From Pseudovirgaria hyperparasitica (Eukaryota), in the NCBI GenBank assembly GCA_010093815.1, contig ML996565.1: a stretch of 64,000 nucleotides of DNA. The stretch is one strand, 5' to 3'. Of the stretch, positions 13,843-27,051 are shown in pieces. The position numbers and the translations under genes were made by a program. The notes beneath the pieces were generated by a model that was given only the letters and a program-made list of their open reading frames with translations, was not told the origin of the DNA and ran no database searches. The first letter of the stretch is position 1. Every line of letters starts with the position of its first letter.

Positions 13843-14840
13843 ATGTCGATTCCAAGTACGGAAGGCGAGGCAATTTACGACGTACCAGGCACAGGCAAGA
13901 CATGTAAGACGTGGTTCAAAGTCTATGGTGACCTGAAGTCCAATGTTCGACCATGCGTCTTACTTCATGGGGGTCCTGGCATGGCCCACAATTACTTGCT
14001 ATCCATGATTGATCTCACGACAATATACGGAATACCAGTGGTGTTCTACGACCAGCTTGGTTGTGGCAGGAGTACGCTCCTACCAGAGAAGAGGGGTGAC
14101 ACCTCTTTTTGGACCCCTGAATTGTTCCTGAACGAGTTGGAAAATCTCATAAAGCATCTTGGCATCACGACTTACGACGTTTTCGGGAATTCCTGGGGAG
14201 GTATGCTTGGTGGCCAGTATGCACTACGGAGACCCTTAGGTCTCACTCGACTGATCGTTGCTAACTCGCCCACCGATATGCACACTTGGATCACTGAGAC
14301 CAACAAGCTGCGTAACGAGCTGCCTGCTGAAGTGCAGGAGATTATAGCCAAGCACGAAGCCGATGGCACTACGGACAGTGAGGAGTATGAAGCTGCGATA
14401 TTTGTGTTCTACAAGAGACATGTCTGCCGGGTAGATCCAATGCCTATACCAGTCCTGGACACTTTCGACGTTCTCAAACAGGATGACACTGTATATACTA
14501 CAATGTAAGCTAAGCTCTACATTCGGCCGGATCGCGCTGCATGAACCTATAGTTTAGTTTCAGAGCATTGCTTTAACACAAAAACAGGAATGGCCCCTCC
14601 GAATTTTGTGTTGTTGGCGGCCTCAAAGACTGGGTGATCACACCCCATGTCCACGACATCAGCGTGCCCACAATGCTCATAAATGGCGCATACGACGAGG
14701 CCACAGACGAAGTTGTAACGCCCTGGTTCAAAGAATTGAAGCATGTGAAATGGGTCAGTTTTGCCAAAAGCAGCCACATGCCGCACTGGGAGGAGCGAGA
14801 GCGATTCATGAGAGTGGTAAGTGGGTTTCTGAAGGGGTAA
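13843..14840 (+). CDS. Proline iminopeptidase / L-amino acid amidase (alpha/beta hydrolase, S33 family)
   Basis: LHGGPG, YDQLGCGRS, nucleophile GNSWGG, MNGPSEF, GAYDE, SSHMPHWEE. Intron 14505-14587. Confidence 0.92.
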
Positions 14841-16379
14841 GTACCGGTGATCAGCATATAGATAGGCGTAAGCGGCTTTACCATGTAAATAAACTCATTG
14901 ACTATGAGGTCGACCAGAGACCAACAAGCAGTGGACCACAAGATGAAGCCTGAAGCGTGCATGTTTGAGGTCTTCATCCTAGAAATGGCAGTCTTGTAGT
15001 TAGTGCTGCTCAAGAGTTATGATTGACTTACAGCACAGCCGAGGAATAGCTTAGATAGAGATGGAACAGCATCGGAGCATCAAATTCGCATTATTTGGGC
15101 AATATACTAATTTGCCATCTCTATCAGACGCCTTCTACTACAAAGTTTTGAGACCGGCCACAGTATGCGCCGGGCGATGTTCGCACAATAGAATGTTGCT
15201 CCAATCGGCCAGGCAGCAACACCAACGATATGAACTTGAAACCGATATGTAATTTCTCGCCAGTGCAACTCGCTTGCGCCTCGCTGCCTTCTCTGTGACC
15301 GGTCAGCACCGCCACACATATTCATGCGAGGCTGGCCAATTAGGGATCCATTGTTCGATTACTATGCAGGATGCTGCAGGAGTGCGCTGTCACTGGCTGC
15401 ATTTTCTTACGAAATGTGGAGTAAATGGCCTGAAGAATGGCCTCAACCACGAGGCGATTCCCGTGCGCTACCTAAAGGCAGACTTAGGCTTCAGTGAGTG
15501 CGGGTCGTAATGTTGAGAAAGACAGGCCTGAGGAAATATGTAATATATCGGGTTGGTCGCTCACTCTATGGTCACGGTATTCAGCTCTGCTTGTCTTCAT
15601 CTGTTTTGCTCTTATTAAGCTTCGATTGTCTCGTCAGACATAGCATCAAAGGCTTTAGCTATTTTGGACATCGTTGACTCCCTTGATATTGCTCATGCCC
15701 TACACTTGTCACTTGAATTACAGCCATTGGATCTTGACACGACGTTACTATACTGATCGGCGCGCTGTTTACGTCTCACCATACAGCCAAGAATGGCTGT
15801 CCAAGAAGAACCGCATCAACTTCATGGCTCAGCTGAGATTCGAGTCGCAACTCGCGTGTTGCAGATCGCAAAATATATTGTGACAAGCTTGAAAGCACAG
15901 AGGGGCTGGTCCAATCCAGCGTTGCATGAGAGAGAAGCCGCGTCAGTCAGTCATGAGGCTCAGCCAGAGCTTATGAGAGGTACCTTCGAAAACCATCACA
16001 TGGACACGGACTGGAAGTTGTCGAAGCAAGATCATCGTTACCGAAAGCATAATTCCGATGCATATCGAGTTAGAAAGGCTTGTCCAAAGAAGTCATCTGT
16101 GATGACCAAGAGCAAAGTATCAAGAATAAATAAAATTGAGTGGGAAGACTGGTAAGTTATCAGGTGATTTCGAGAAATGGAAAGAGATGTTGACAAGGAT
16201 CAAGGACACAAGATATTGATGCCCAGATGTGCTGTTTTCCACAAGGTCCACTTACCAACACCACAGTAGATGGAAGTCTGTTTGCTTCCGGACAAGTGAA
16301 TCCAGATTGGAGCTCACTTACTTGGGTCGAGCTTGCGAGGCTACTCGTATTCATTTACGATGCTCTTGCGACGCTTCAG

Positions 16380-18770
16380 ATGAACCTGGGCAGCAATGAT
16401 CGCCTCGTCAGCAGTGGCGACGAAGTAGTACACAGCCACAATGTCCACGCGGACTTATCCTATGTGGCCAAAATGGAGTATCTGTTGCTGCATTATCGCG
16501 ATTCGATGATCGAAGCCCTGATTCGCAAGACGGTGGAGCTTGTTGCCAGTATGCGATGGCAGAAACTCCAGAGAAGCCTGAGGCAGGAGCTCGACTGGCA
16601 GTGTCGGAGGTCTGTAGGTTGGTTTAGTGAATATCCCAACAATCAGAGGCCCAAGTGCACGACTTGGCCATGGAGTATCAAGCCATCCTTAGCAGTGCTC
16701 TGGGGCGTATGTTTGAAACTGACATTGTTCGCGACAAGTGAATGCTAACGCGAGCAGGTATGTTGGATGTTCTTTGACCGACCGTATGAACAATTCACCT
16801 ACTCAGACCCGGCACCGGCCCAGCTTGTTCACTTGAACCCGGCGGTGCCAATCGGGAGGATATTTCAACAGAGTGATGAGCTCAGAAACTGGCCGCCGCC
16901 TCAAACAAACGCCTGTAAGTCCGCCTTCAATAGAACACTGGATAGTCCAGAATCCAGGGATAGTTCAGGCTGTCACTGACAATGCATGATCGTGTACCAG
17001 ATTTAAACTATGGACGCCAGATCTTAGGCGTATCGTCTTCGGAACCTGAATATAGCGAATACAGCGAAGATGGCAGACATCGCGGAGTGGGATGGCAGAT
17101 TCCGGACGAAAATTGGATGAGGAGGGGCACTGCCACATCCCCGTCCACACCGACACCTACCACGCCCATCTCCTACTTGCCCAGGCGCCAAGAATCAGAG
17201 CAATATCATGGTCAAGGTTCGTGACAGTCTCCTGTTTATTTCTTGTTACTTCATCACTCATCTCGTCTGGTGACTCATCTAATTTGCTACTGCCCGCAAT
17301 TACGCGACTGGAAGCCTACTTTCTGGACTCTGAAGCCTTAGGCTCGCCGTCGCGGCTACTAGTCTGTGAGACAACGCTGACAGTAGGCAGACAACACAGC
17401 TGGAGGCACACATAACCACAACGACCGCCTACAAAATCGAGCTGGAGGGCGCCACGTAAGAGCAACAGCAACAGCCATCAACGTTTCTCCAACGCATTAC
17501 AAGTCGAACGCGTCGACACGGCTCAGCCATAATAATAGTCATCTCAGTGGAAGCTTTGACCACCTGCCAAGCAACGATATTATTAATGCCTCGTCGCCTG
17601 GCCACCTCGCCACCGAGCCTCTCACTCTACTCCATCATCAGGCAGCAAACCCGAACGTGCCGGAGCTTCGAGTCAACGATTTCGAAGATATATACGAACC
17701 CTTTTCGCCGCCTGAGCCATTTCATCGTCCACTAAACTCATACAACAGTCCTCGCGACTTTACGTATAACACCAGCCCCTTCCAACCCGAGATGGGCGAC
17801 ACTCAGGAGCAGTATCAACAACAACAACACATTATGAACGCGCATGCTCCACTACAGCCCAGTAATAGCCAGCAGAATATCCTGAGTCCGGTCAGTATCG
17901 CGATGGATCCGGAGCAGAAAGCCGCACAAACATACATCGAACGGCCAGAGTCGCGCTCGAAAGATTCGGAACACAGCGGCTCAGAAAATGCAGACGGGAT
18001 AGATTACTTCCCACGAAGGAATCATGCGTATAAACGGCCAGAAGACCCACCACGGAATGCCCAAGGCAGGATGGTCTGCAAATTTGCAGATAACTCGAAA
18101 GAATGCACCAATCTTGTTTTTGATCGCAAGTGCGAATGGAGGTACGTTTGTCGCCAGTAAGATCCGTTTAAATAGTCAAAAACTAACATATTGCAGCAAG
18201 CACATGGATAAGCATGATCGGCCCTACAAATGCAACGCGCGAGGCTGCGAAAAGCTTCGTGGCTTCACGTACTCGGGAGGTCTCTTGCGCCACGAGCGCG
18301 AAGTTCACAAGATGCACGGCGGCACAAAGAAATCACTATACTGCCCACATGCAGACTGCAAGCGCAGCTCTGGTTCAGGCTTTACGCGTAAAGAAAATCT
18401 TGCCGAACACATCCGGCGCGTTCACAGGACCTCTTCGGGGGGCACGGACGTCGGCAACACAACACAACTCGGTGAAGATAGTGTCCTCGAGAGTACAATG
18501 GTACATAGTCCAGATAATGCGCAATGGGACGGCCAGAATGGTGATCCGGCCATGGACGGTGTAGATCCACAACTGAAAGCCCTCGACACGGAACAAGCGC
18601 GAAAGAGAAAGCGCATGTCGGCCACAGCAACGGACGTGGATGTAGTAGGCGTTGCGGAAAGCGAAGATCTGCGCGAAGTCATCAGGAAGCTAAAGCTGGA
18701 GAATCAGCAGAAGGACGAGCGGTTACGAAAGTTAGAGGAGACAGTGGCAAGCCTTCAATCAAGGCCATGA
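16380..18770 (+). CDS. C2H2 zinc-finger transcription factor, probably with an N-terminal extension carrying a hydrophobic LWGVCWMF motif (start uncertain)
   Basis: Zinc fingers (CKF..C..FDRKCEWSKHMDKH, YKCNARGC..GFTYSGGLLRHEREVH, YCPHADC..FTRKENLAEHIRRVH) and a C-terminal coiled coil; intron 18142-18196. Upstream exons join in frame through introns 16707-16757, 16915-17000 and 17217-17390. The zinc-finger part is near certain; the 5' extent is less so. Confidence 0.75.
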
Positions 18771-20082
18771 ACATCACCACAAGTGTGTCTTAATGTGGCC
18801 ACGAGCAAATCTGGATATCGCAATTACCTCCTACTCGTGTACCTTTTCGTCTTGGAATGTTACCCCCCGTCTCTATATATGCATAGCCAGGAGTTCATGG
18901 CACGGGAGAACTGGGGTCGGGGTCTTTCGTTCAGTCGTGCGCACAACTTTCTCGAGAACTCGATTACGATGTCCCTTTCGTTTGTTCCTCTTTCCGTACG
19001 ATTCAGATTGTTCAAGAACAATCCCATTTCTGTCCGTGCTTTCGGCTCATTTTCTTCCTTAGACTGTATAGCATCCACCTGTATTTTACCTCGTCGAATC
19101 CCTCAAGACAGTCGCTACCGTTATGTCTTCTACGTACCGTTTGGTGACAATTTGTTGGTTTATGCTGATGCTGAAGTCTAGACATCCAGGGGTAATCTAA
19201 GGCCACGTTGCCTCATATCCAAGGCTTCATTTCTGCCTGGTGCCACCTCGCGCCATTCCTCTAACATTGAATCTTGCTGCCTAATAGTATCAGATTCCAC
19301 CGCTCGGAAACAGGTATCCACATTCGATGACCATGTTTGCTTGTGAGACTTATGGTGTGAGTCACGCGCCCATCTAAGCATCGTGGTTTACCCGGAATGG
19401 TGTGATAATCAGGCGCTAGGCAATCGTTATCAAGGGACGGATGCTTGGTGTAATATGCTTATTTTGTACCTTGTACAACGGGATCAGGGATGGGCTTCAT
19501 GTTGGGAGGCGAAAATAGTGGTATTGATGAACCACGTGCTCGAGTACGTGGCAGGGGCCTAATATGCTTCGTACACTCTATGTAGGTAGATACACAAGTA
19601 TAACCTTGGCTTTCCCATCAAACTGAACTCCTTAGATGTCTGCGCTGTTGATGCCTTCGGCATTTACACTTTCGTAGTATCGAGTGCCTCATCACCGGGT
19701 AAGCTTCCTCAATAGGAGCATGTCTGCGGTTCGTTATCAGGGATGTATTACGGGTTGCCACGGCAAGCTTTAGCTTTCTTTGCATATATTTAATAGTGAG
19801 ATCCATGCGTCGAAGAGTCATACGTCGTGTATAGCAGCTCATTGGCAGGACGAGTCGCCTCTGTTTGCCCCCGGTGGCGATATCCACAGAAGACATGTGA
19901 TATCGTGCGTTAGCGTGTCATATGGACGCGTGGGCGCGCGATTTTTTTGCTTGTTCTTGATATTCATCTGCGTCTTGATCTGTGGTTTGATCAGTGAGTG
20001 GATCTATGCCCGGCTCGAGGCTGGTGGCCTTCAGTGTGGAGCATTGGACTCGCTACCCAGTCTTGACGCCTAGGCTCTGGTT

Positions 20083-21890
20083 TTATTCCGAGTGAGATCT
20101 GATCCCAACCCCATCGATGGAATGCTTCGAGTCACTGGACTTTCTGCTTATCTGGTCGCCTCCCTCGTTGGCCGTGTCTGTCACCAGGTCCACCTTTTCT
20201 CGTCCGGCGTTTGAAATGCTGCCTGATTCAGCATCAGCTGGCTCGCGTTGCGCAACGGCTACTTCGTCTGGCCGTGTAAGACCCTTGTCCTTGACTAGGA
20301 AGCATGCAAACAGGCAGACGCCCATGAACGGGGCGAGCATGATGAACACAGCGCGGCTAGCAGCCACGTACGACGCAATGATTTGCTGCTTTTGTGATTC
20401 GCTGAATTTACTGTAGTCTGGGGTCGAGTACGTTGACGCTGCCAGATACTTGAGATCGGTAGGGAGATGGGACTTCAAGACGTTCTGCAAGACAGCTGCT
20501 CCGCTGGCTAATGCTATGGCGCCGCCGGAGCTCCGCAAGAAGTTCCTGTTTGAGATGACGACGGCGCGCTGTGGTTTGGAGCAGTGTGCTTGTAGTGCAA
20601 CGATGGTGGGCTGGAAAGTGTTACCTGAGCCTAGACCGATTGCCATAAGGATGAAGACCATGGCTACGACAGGAAAGTTTGTGTCGAACAAGATGGTGAG
20701 TCCTGAGCCGAGGGTCCATATAAAGAAGCCAGACCATAGTACTTCGCCGTATCGTTTGAAATGCGAGATGTATCTGCCGGACGCGATCGAGAAGAATGTC
20801 TGCGTAAGAACGATAGGGAATGTCATTACAGCTGATCGCATTGGGCTAGAACCATAAGTCACTTTCCAAACTGACTGACAGAATGATGCTTACCTATAAC
20901 CCAGAGCATTCTGGTAAAACAAGGGCAGAAAGTATAAATAAGCATAGTATACTGCCCCAAAGAAGAAATTCTGGATAAGCAGTGCTGCCACGGCTGGATT
21001 TGTCCACAAACTCAGGGGCATCATCGGTAGTTTGGCAAATTTCCACTCGATCAGCACAAAAGCGATCAGAGATAGGCCTCCAATTGTCAACATCGATATC
21101 ACCATAGGACTGTCCCATGCAAAGTATGAGCCACCACCGGATATCGGTATCAGCAAGAAGATCACCGCGATTGATCCAGATAATAGTCCTGCAAAGTCGA
21201 TCTTCTGGATTGTCTCTTTGTAGTTAACCGTTGGCATGTTATGCGGTAATAACAACCAGGATAGTCCGGCACAGATGATGGACGTCGGGCAGAGGAGATA
21301 GAACAGGCCTCTCCAGGTCGACCGCTCTGCAAAAGCAGCGCCTAGTACTGGGCCAAGAACATTGCCCAGTCCAACCATCGAACCAAGAATTCTACAACAG
21401 TCAATTACAAATCCTTTTGAGGGAGGTATACATCTTACCCCTGGTACTTTCCGCGCTCTTCTAGGGTGACGATATCGCTGACAATCATCATCGCCAGGCT
21501 TGTGATGCCTCCGTTCGCAACTCCAGCAAGACCTCTGAAGATATATAGCATCGTTGCACTTTGACTGAGGCCACAAAGCAGGTCGCTGATTGCAAGGAGG
21601 ACCAGTGCGCTTACGAAAACTATACGTCTCCCAAACAGATCAGAGAAGCGCCCATATAGGACCTGGAAGACCGTGTTGGCAATCAAGGCGGATGTGCCAG
21701 CCCAAGAAATGGTGTTCTCGGCATTGAGATCTCGTGCAATGGTAGGCAGAATGACACCAATGCCGTTCTGGTCAATAAAACATATCAACAGAGAGACGGC
21801 AAGCACCGAGAAGACGATAAGCAATTGCTTGCGTGGCAAAAGGTCCGTCTGGTCATGAAGCGTGGCTTCGACATCTTTATTATTGCCCAT
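20083..21890 (-). CDS. MFS drug:H+ antiporter (DHA2-like, about 14 TM segments)
   Basis: Motif A (YGRFSDLFGRR), FRGLAGVANGG, SDIVTLEERGKYQG, GPVLGAAF and many hydrophobic helices. Introns 21392-21438 and 20846-20893. Confidence 0.93.
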
Positions 21891-24830
21891 TTGTTCAAGC
21901 TCTTTTGATGCGATTTACGTCAGGATATTAATGTTCTGACATGGGTAACAACCCTTCGTAGCGAACAGACGGTAAATATACATGACATCAACATGGTACA
22001 CAGCGTTGAACTCTTCTTCAGACAATCTTTGCAGCTCGGCAAGTTTGAGCCGATCGTCTCCACAAACCAATTGACCACCCTGTCGAAGGTCGACACATTG
22101 CACCGAAGAAGTATGGCGTCTCCATCCATGATGGTAAAAATTCGTGCGAAGCGTTATCGGCATGCCGCAGTTTCGGCATCTGTCCGTCAACCGCTACCGG
22201 CGCGAGTCGTAGAATCAGAACTCTCTCGCGGTTGGTTGAGTGCGTTTGCTTGCTAAGCACAAGGCCTAACATGTCCTATAGTCCAGCATTGTGTTAAGCG
22301 AAACCGGTATCTCGGAGTCATCAGAAGATCTGAAGATAGTTGTTGCGCATAGCATGCTGGCCGATGGTCTCGGGACTCCGATGGAGTCATAGGGATCCAT
22401 ATTCACTATGGAGAGAGAGCAAGGAAAGGAACTTCGTGCACGGACCACCGATTGGCTTTAACCGCGATGAGATGCCGATGTTTTTGCCTTCCATCTCGGT
22501 CAATATCAACGGTTGATGTTTTGTCAAGCTTTCAAACAGACCTAATAAGCGGCTTAAGGGCGACTTGACGACAAATTACTAGACGACTGCAGCTGCATGA
22601 TCAAGCTCTTTATTCCGAAGATCTCTGGTTTCCTCTCTATGCCCACGCAGAGATACCTGCCTACCATAGGTACTCTTCTTGACAGATCACCGTTGGGTCA
22701 TGAAGGGACGTCTCAGAACGTGATATTACATAACACACCGGTCCTATGCCTTCTTCTTTTCCAGAAAAGTATGGCATTTAGTCGATGATGCGTCCATCTT
22801 TCGGTGGAGGGAAGAAGAGTACCACAGTTACGGCCTTGTGCGACAATTGACACACTTCTTTATGAGCATGCGACCCGCCTGCAAGGCAGTTGGTAGTAGA
22901 CAAGACACGACGTACTTCCGAGTTCCAAGGTTTATGAATGTCAATTCACACGAAGGGCTAGCATCTCCCCGACGCTGGAAGGCTACGCATACTTCGATCT
23001 GCCGACCGTCCAAGTATGACCGCAGCGCAAAACGGCCCGAAGAGTCTTCTTCAGAAGATCATAAGATTGACAACATCCTATTATATTCAAGTTGTAACCA
23101 TCGACAAGCTTCCGTCTTCATTACTTCGTGTTAATGCTTTGCATTCTCATTATGTCGGCCTACAGCATAGAAGTTGCAACATGACCTCGCCGTATCTACA
23201 TGCCGTACTTCCAGTCTTACAGATGACCTGATCTGACAATATGTAGTACTTCCTAATTTTCCACTGCGCGGGGATACATAATACGATTGCAACACTTACG
23301 CGGGTCGTCGGACGTAAATTACGAAAGAATCCAGATCCGCATATCATGGCTATTCACAAATGTATCTCGATTTAGCGTCATTGAAGCATTCTCCCAGAAC
23401 CCGACGGACTGAGGAAAGCTGTAAACATCACCACATATCATTGTCTCCCAATCGATAACAACTTGAATATATTGTTGCTCGAAGGTAGCTAGTATCTCTA
23501 AGAATGACGATCCCCACCGCATCAGGCTTCCTCTCCCAACAATCAGTGTGGTCTGTCTGCATGGTACCCTGGGCATTCGGTGCACGAATACCTAATTTTG
23601 GCAGATCTTTTAAAATCCTTCGTGGAATTGCCAAGGCGCCAGACATGCAAATCAGGTAAAATCAGGTAAAATCAGCCAAAGAGCAATCTTAACCTAGGCA
23701 GATCCCAGTCGTACAATACTGTATGGTGTGGTATTTGTCGACAGGTTGTCTAGAGCATCAATCCTTACATGAAGAAGCTTCTTCGGGTTTTCGATCCTAC
23801 TGCAGACACGTGTTGTTTGGTTGTATTACCTTCTATCTGCCATAATACATGAATTTGACCTTGATCAGTCTCGTCGTACCAACGAGGGGACCTGCACGTT
23901 TCTCCCGAGGGTCCCAGCTTCGTCCGTGTGTGATCCTTCATGTTGCAGCAAGTGGTAAGGTGAACGCGTGTCTGTTCATGCCCATTCTTGGGGCCAAGAG
24001 CCGTTATAACATTCATGCATCCACGATGTAGCCTCAGCAGAAAAATCTTATCACGAGATCGGGTCCTGACTACCAGAGGAAGATAGCAGCGTTCGCTAGG
24101 CAGTCCTCTATGGGAAGCTCATATGGGCTGCTACTATTATTAAACCGCAGTTTTCAATTCGTCTACGTTCTGCATGATAAATTCTCCCTATAGCATCACT
24201 TGGGATTCAGTAGTACTGAAGATCGGGCTTGCAAACCAACGCAACACATGTGATTCGCTGATCCAATCGATGCAATGAACCATCATGTATACCATGCTTT
24301 CGGAGCCGATGGCATAAATAGCCTCGTGGAGCACTGGAAGCCCGTCACGACATCCTTTTTCCAGCTTTCTGGACCAACCGCCAAGCTATAAATATTTCAC
24401 CGGTCTTGTCGCACTGCTGCTCACATGCGAATTGCTGACAGCTGCAACGTGGAAGGATAATAGTCGTATCGCAGATGCCGATATCGTGACTATTGAAAGA
24501 TGACATATACGAGAACTTGGCTGCGTCTTTGCAGATCTTCAGGGTGGCTTCAGTCCATAGAACCGTTGTGTTACGAATAGCCCCTGTCGTTCCAGAACCG
24601 CGTTGAGGCTGGGTTCAGTATCATACGATAATATACACGACAAGCACATCATGCGATGGAATCCTTGCCTATTACTTGGAGCTTACATTGGGATGCGAGG
24701 CTAATTTTCTATAACACTTATATGAAATCAGCTGCTCAACTCTAATGCCTATATAGCTGAATCGCATTCGCGGAGACACTTTTCTCAATCTACGATACTC
24801 AACCTCAAGCTTTAGTTCGTTTCTTCAAGG

Positions 24831-26721
24831 ATGGTTTCAAGCTCGCTTGGGATCTTTGCTGTCGTAGCATTTATTACCAGTGTTGTATTAGGCTCTCCCA
24901 ATCCGGTATCCAATGCCCGACGACAGCAAAATTTCCTCGCCGTTACAGGAGCAACGGTGGGTGGCACGCAGCCTCGCATAGAGATACGCGATCTCAAATC
25001 TCAGCCTGAAGCATGGAACCTCTTCCTCCTTGCGTGGGCAAGATTCCAGGCTATGGATCAGAATGCGCGAAGTTCATATTATCAAATTGCTGGTATGTGC
25101 CATGTGTCTACTCCCCTGTACTTACTGACAAAGCTTGAGGTATTCATGGCCAGCCGAATGTTGCATGGGATGGCGTGCAATCCACAGGCGTGACGAACGC
25201 TGGATACTGCCTCCATGGGTCTAATTTGTTTGGTACTTGGCACAAACCCTATCTTGCACTGTTCGAGGTAGGCTGTTGTTGTCGATATTCATCGTGATCA
25301 AAACTCACAGTCAGGGGTAACAGCAAGTCCTGAGTCTTCGGGCACGCGAGATCGCAGCTGAATTCCCAGCGGGTGCCAAACGTGATAGATATGTCCAAGA
25401 GGCCGCAAAGCTGCGTTTGCCATACTGGGACTGGGGCCTCGAGTCGTCGAACCACGACGTTCTGCCAGACGTCATGACAGATGCCACCGCTAGCGTAACG
25501 TTTCCAAACGGCACAACCACCGATATACCCAACCCGCTTCTTCGCTACAGCTTCCATCCGCTCCCTCCCAATGTCTTCAGCTCTCCATGGAGTGATCGCA
25601 ATGTCACATGGCGCACTTCTCCAACGGAGGCTGACGACATCGCGGCCATCGAATCACGGCTCAGCGGGGAGAACACCAACATCCGCACGACGCTCTATCA
25701 GATTCTCACACAGTATCAAAGCTTCAACCAGTTCAGTAACACCGGTAGCGAACAGAGCTTGTACGGCAGTCTAGAAGGTATCCACAACAATATCCACAGC
25801 ACATTCAACGGGGGACACATGGGCGCCGTTCCTGTCGCAGCATTCGACCCGTTATTCTGGGTCCATCACGCAAACGTAGACCGCATCATGCACATCTTCA
25901 TGAAGTTATATCCAGACACCTACGTCACCCCCTACGAACAAAGCATTCCCTCGTTTATGGCAAGGCGCGGCCAAGTATACAATGCCGGAACACGTAGGCG
26001 CCCCTTTCCCATCCTATCCCCCCAATCTCCCGTCTTCCTAACGCATCTCATAGCACTCTGGCCCTTCCATAGCACTTCCTCCGGCGAATTCTGGACCTCG
26101 AACTCAATTCGCCCGACAACCGTTAATCACTACACCTACCCGGAGCTCGCCGATAACCCGTCCAACGAAACGCTCAAAGCCCGCATCAACGCCCTGTACC
26201 GCCCAATGGCCACATCTGTGGCATCACCAAACTCGCGTGCTGCTCCGCGCGCATATCTCGCCGTCGTCGATGCCCCGCTCACGCTCGCCCAGGATGACGC
26301 CATGGGTGGTATCTATTCCATCGACATATTCCTCGGGCCTGGCACAGCCTCCTCTCCGCCGCTCCGCTGGCCGACCGATAGCTCATACGTTGGCAGTACG
26401 GTTTTCCTGGGGAACGCACGGGGTGCGCAGGGAGACGTGGTGCGGAACAGTGTGGAGTTGACACAGGCGCTAAAGGAGAGGTTCGATAGAGGGCAGCTGA
26501 GTGCGTTGGATCAGGACAGTGTTTTGGCTTATCTGAAAGATAACTTGAGCTGGCGAGTGGAGCAGGAGGGTGTCGAGTTGGATGTTGGCAGTGTGAGCGG
26601 GCTGAGGATTAGCGTGAGGAGTACGGAGGTGAGTGAGGGTGGGGATGGGTTCCCGAAGTTTGGGGACTGGAGTGAGCATGGGGAAATCACTACTGGAAGG
26701 CCGGGTGGTGTCAAACTCTGA
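24831..26721 (+). CDS. Secreted tyrosinase (type-3 di-copper) with C-terminal domain
   Basis: Signal peptide; CuA site GIHGQP..GYCLHGSNLFGTWHKPYL; LRLPYWDW; CuB site EGIHNNIH..GGHM..AAFDPLFWVHHANVDR. Introns 25093-25139, 25268-25323 and 25994-26052. Confidence 0.93.
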
Positions 26722-26929
26722 AGGACAGCTAGAGCTATGATTTTAAGAAGTGCGTGACGAGAGACATTGTCCTTGATTCGATCTCGTAGTATACAGTCCG
26801 TAGTAGACTTCCCACAGGCAAATATAACTGTAGCGACATGCCTACGCACTCCCATTCTTCAAAAACCAAACAGAAACAACACTGCTGCCTGATTCACCGC
26901 TAAAATCGAGGTCGTCGAAAATTCAACAA

Positions 26930-27051
26930 AAAATCAAAATCTACAATCCAGTGGTATTGAACCGCTGGCTTGTAGGAACCATAAGTTGTATGGAATTTGT
27001 CTTTGATCACAATTAAGAATCTGCGCGTTTATGACTTTACACCATTAGTGC
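26930..27051 (-). ncRNA. Putative degenerate tRNA-like / Pol III element
   Basis: Minus strand has an A-box-like TGGTGTAAAG with D-stem GTGT/ACGC, a B-box GGTTCAATACC inside a long hairpin, then TTTTGATTTTTT. The acceptor and anticodon arms do not form properly. Confidence 0.35.

Noticed and set aside
20083..26721. MFS plus tyrosinase as a secondary-metabolite cluster
   Set aside because: No PKS, NRPS, terpene cyclase or repeat-type RiPP precursor is visible in the window
26939..27051. Functional canonical tRNA or 5S rRNA
   Set aside because: Acceptor stem pairs poorly, no proper anticodon loop and no 5S similarity; kept only as a degenerate candidate
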